Part shown: positions 63,976 to 64,000 of the stretch, piece after piece
Layout: every line of letters starts with the position of its first letter
Numbering within the stretch: position 1 is the stretch's first letter
Assembly (NCBI GenBank): GCA_050613775.1
Contig: JBODTK010000015.1
Span: forward strand, 930,001-994,000
Length of the DNA stretch: 64,000 bases
Source: Neocallimastix sp. 'constans'
Taxonomy: Eukaryota
Reading direction: 5' to 3'
The notes under the pieces: model-generated
The model's input: the letters and a program-made list of their open reading frames with translations, nothing else
Database searches by the model: none
What the model was told of the DNA's origin: nothing
Made by a program: the position numbers and the translations under genes

Positions 63976-64000
63976 TAATTTTTTTTTTTAAAAAAAAAAT

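Overview
Extremely AT-rich eukaryotic genomic DNA with spliceosomal GT-AG introns, long poly(A/T) runs and (AAT)n microsatellites. The gene content (exomer CHS5, SPX-EXS SYG1 and the flagellar IFT-dynein subunit DYNC2LI1) and the base composition point to a zoosporic fungus, most likely an anaerobic gut fungus (Neocallimastigomycota); this is an inference. The window has two halves. (1) About 1-21.6 kb is an accessory, intron-less region. It holds an orphan ORF, a 379-bp foldback/Mutator-like MITE with a 9-bp target-site duplication, and a tandem cluster of five minus-strand ankyrin-repeat genes or relics. These share a ~130-aa N-terminal domain but carry very different numbers (~10, ~18, ~70, >=12) of 99-bp repeats that are shuffled and duplicated in register. 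Amino-acid variation concentrates on the canonical ankyrin binding surface, which makes this a candidate natural 'DARPin-library' diversification system. (2) About 23-64 kb is an ordinary intron-rich core region: a RUN-domain gene, DYNC2LI1, an ARM-repeat gene with a split BC-box/SOCS-like plus Cys-rich tail, CHS5, a large repeat-rich protein with tandem SPxK motifs, an AN1 zinc-finger gene (ZFAND1/Cuz1-like), SYG1/XPR1, and the 3' part of a probable RING-H2 gene. All protein family calls come from motif recognition by eye, not database searches.
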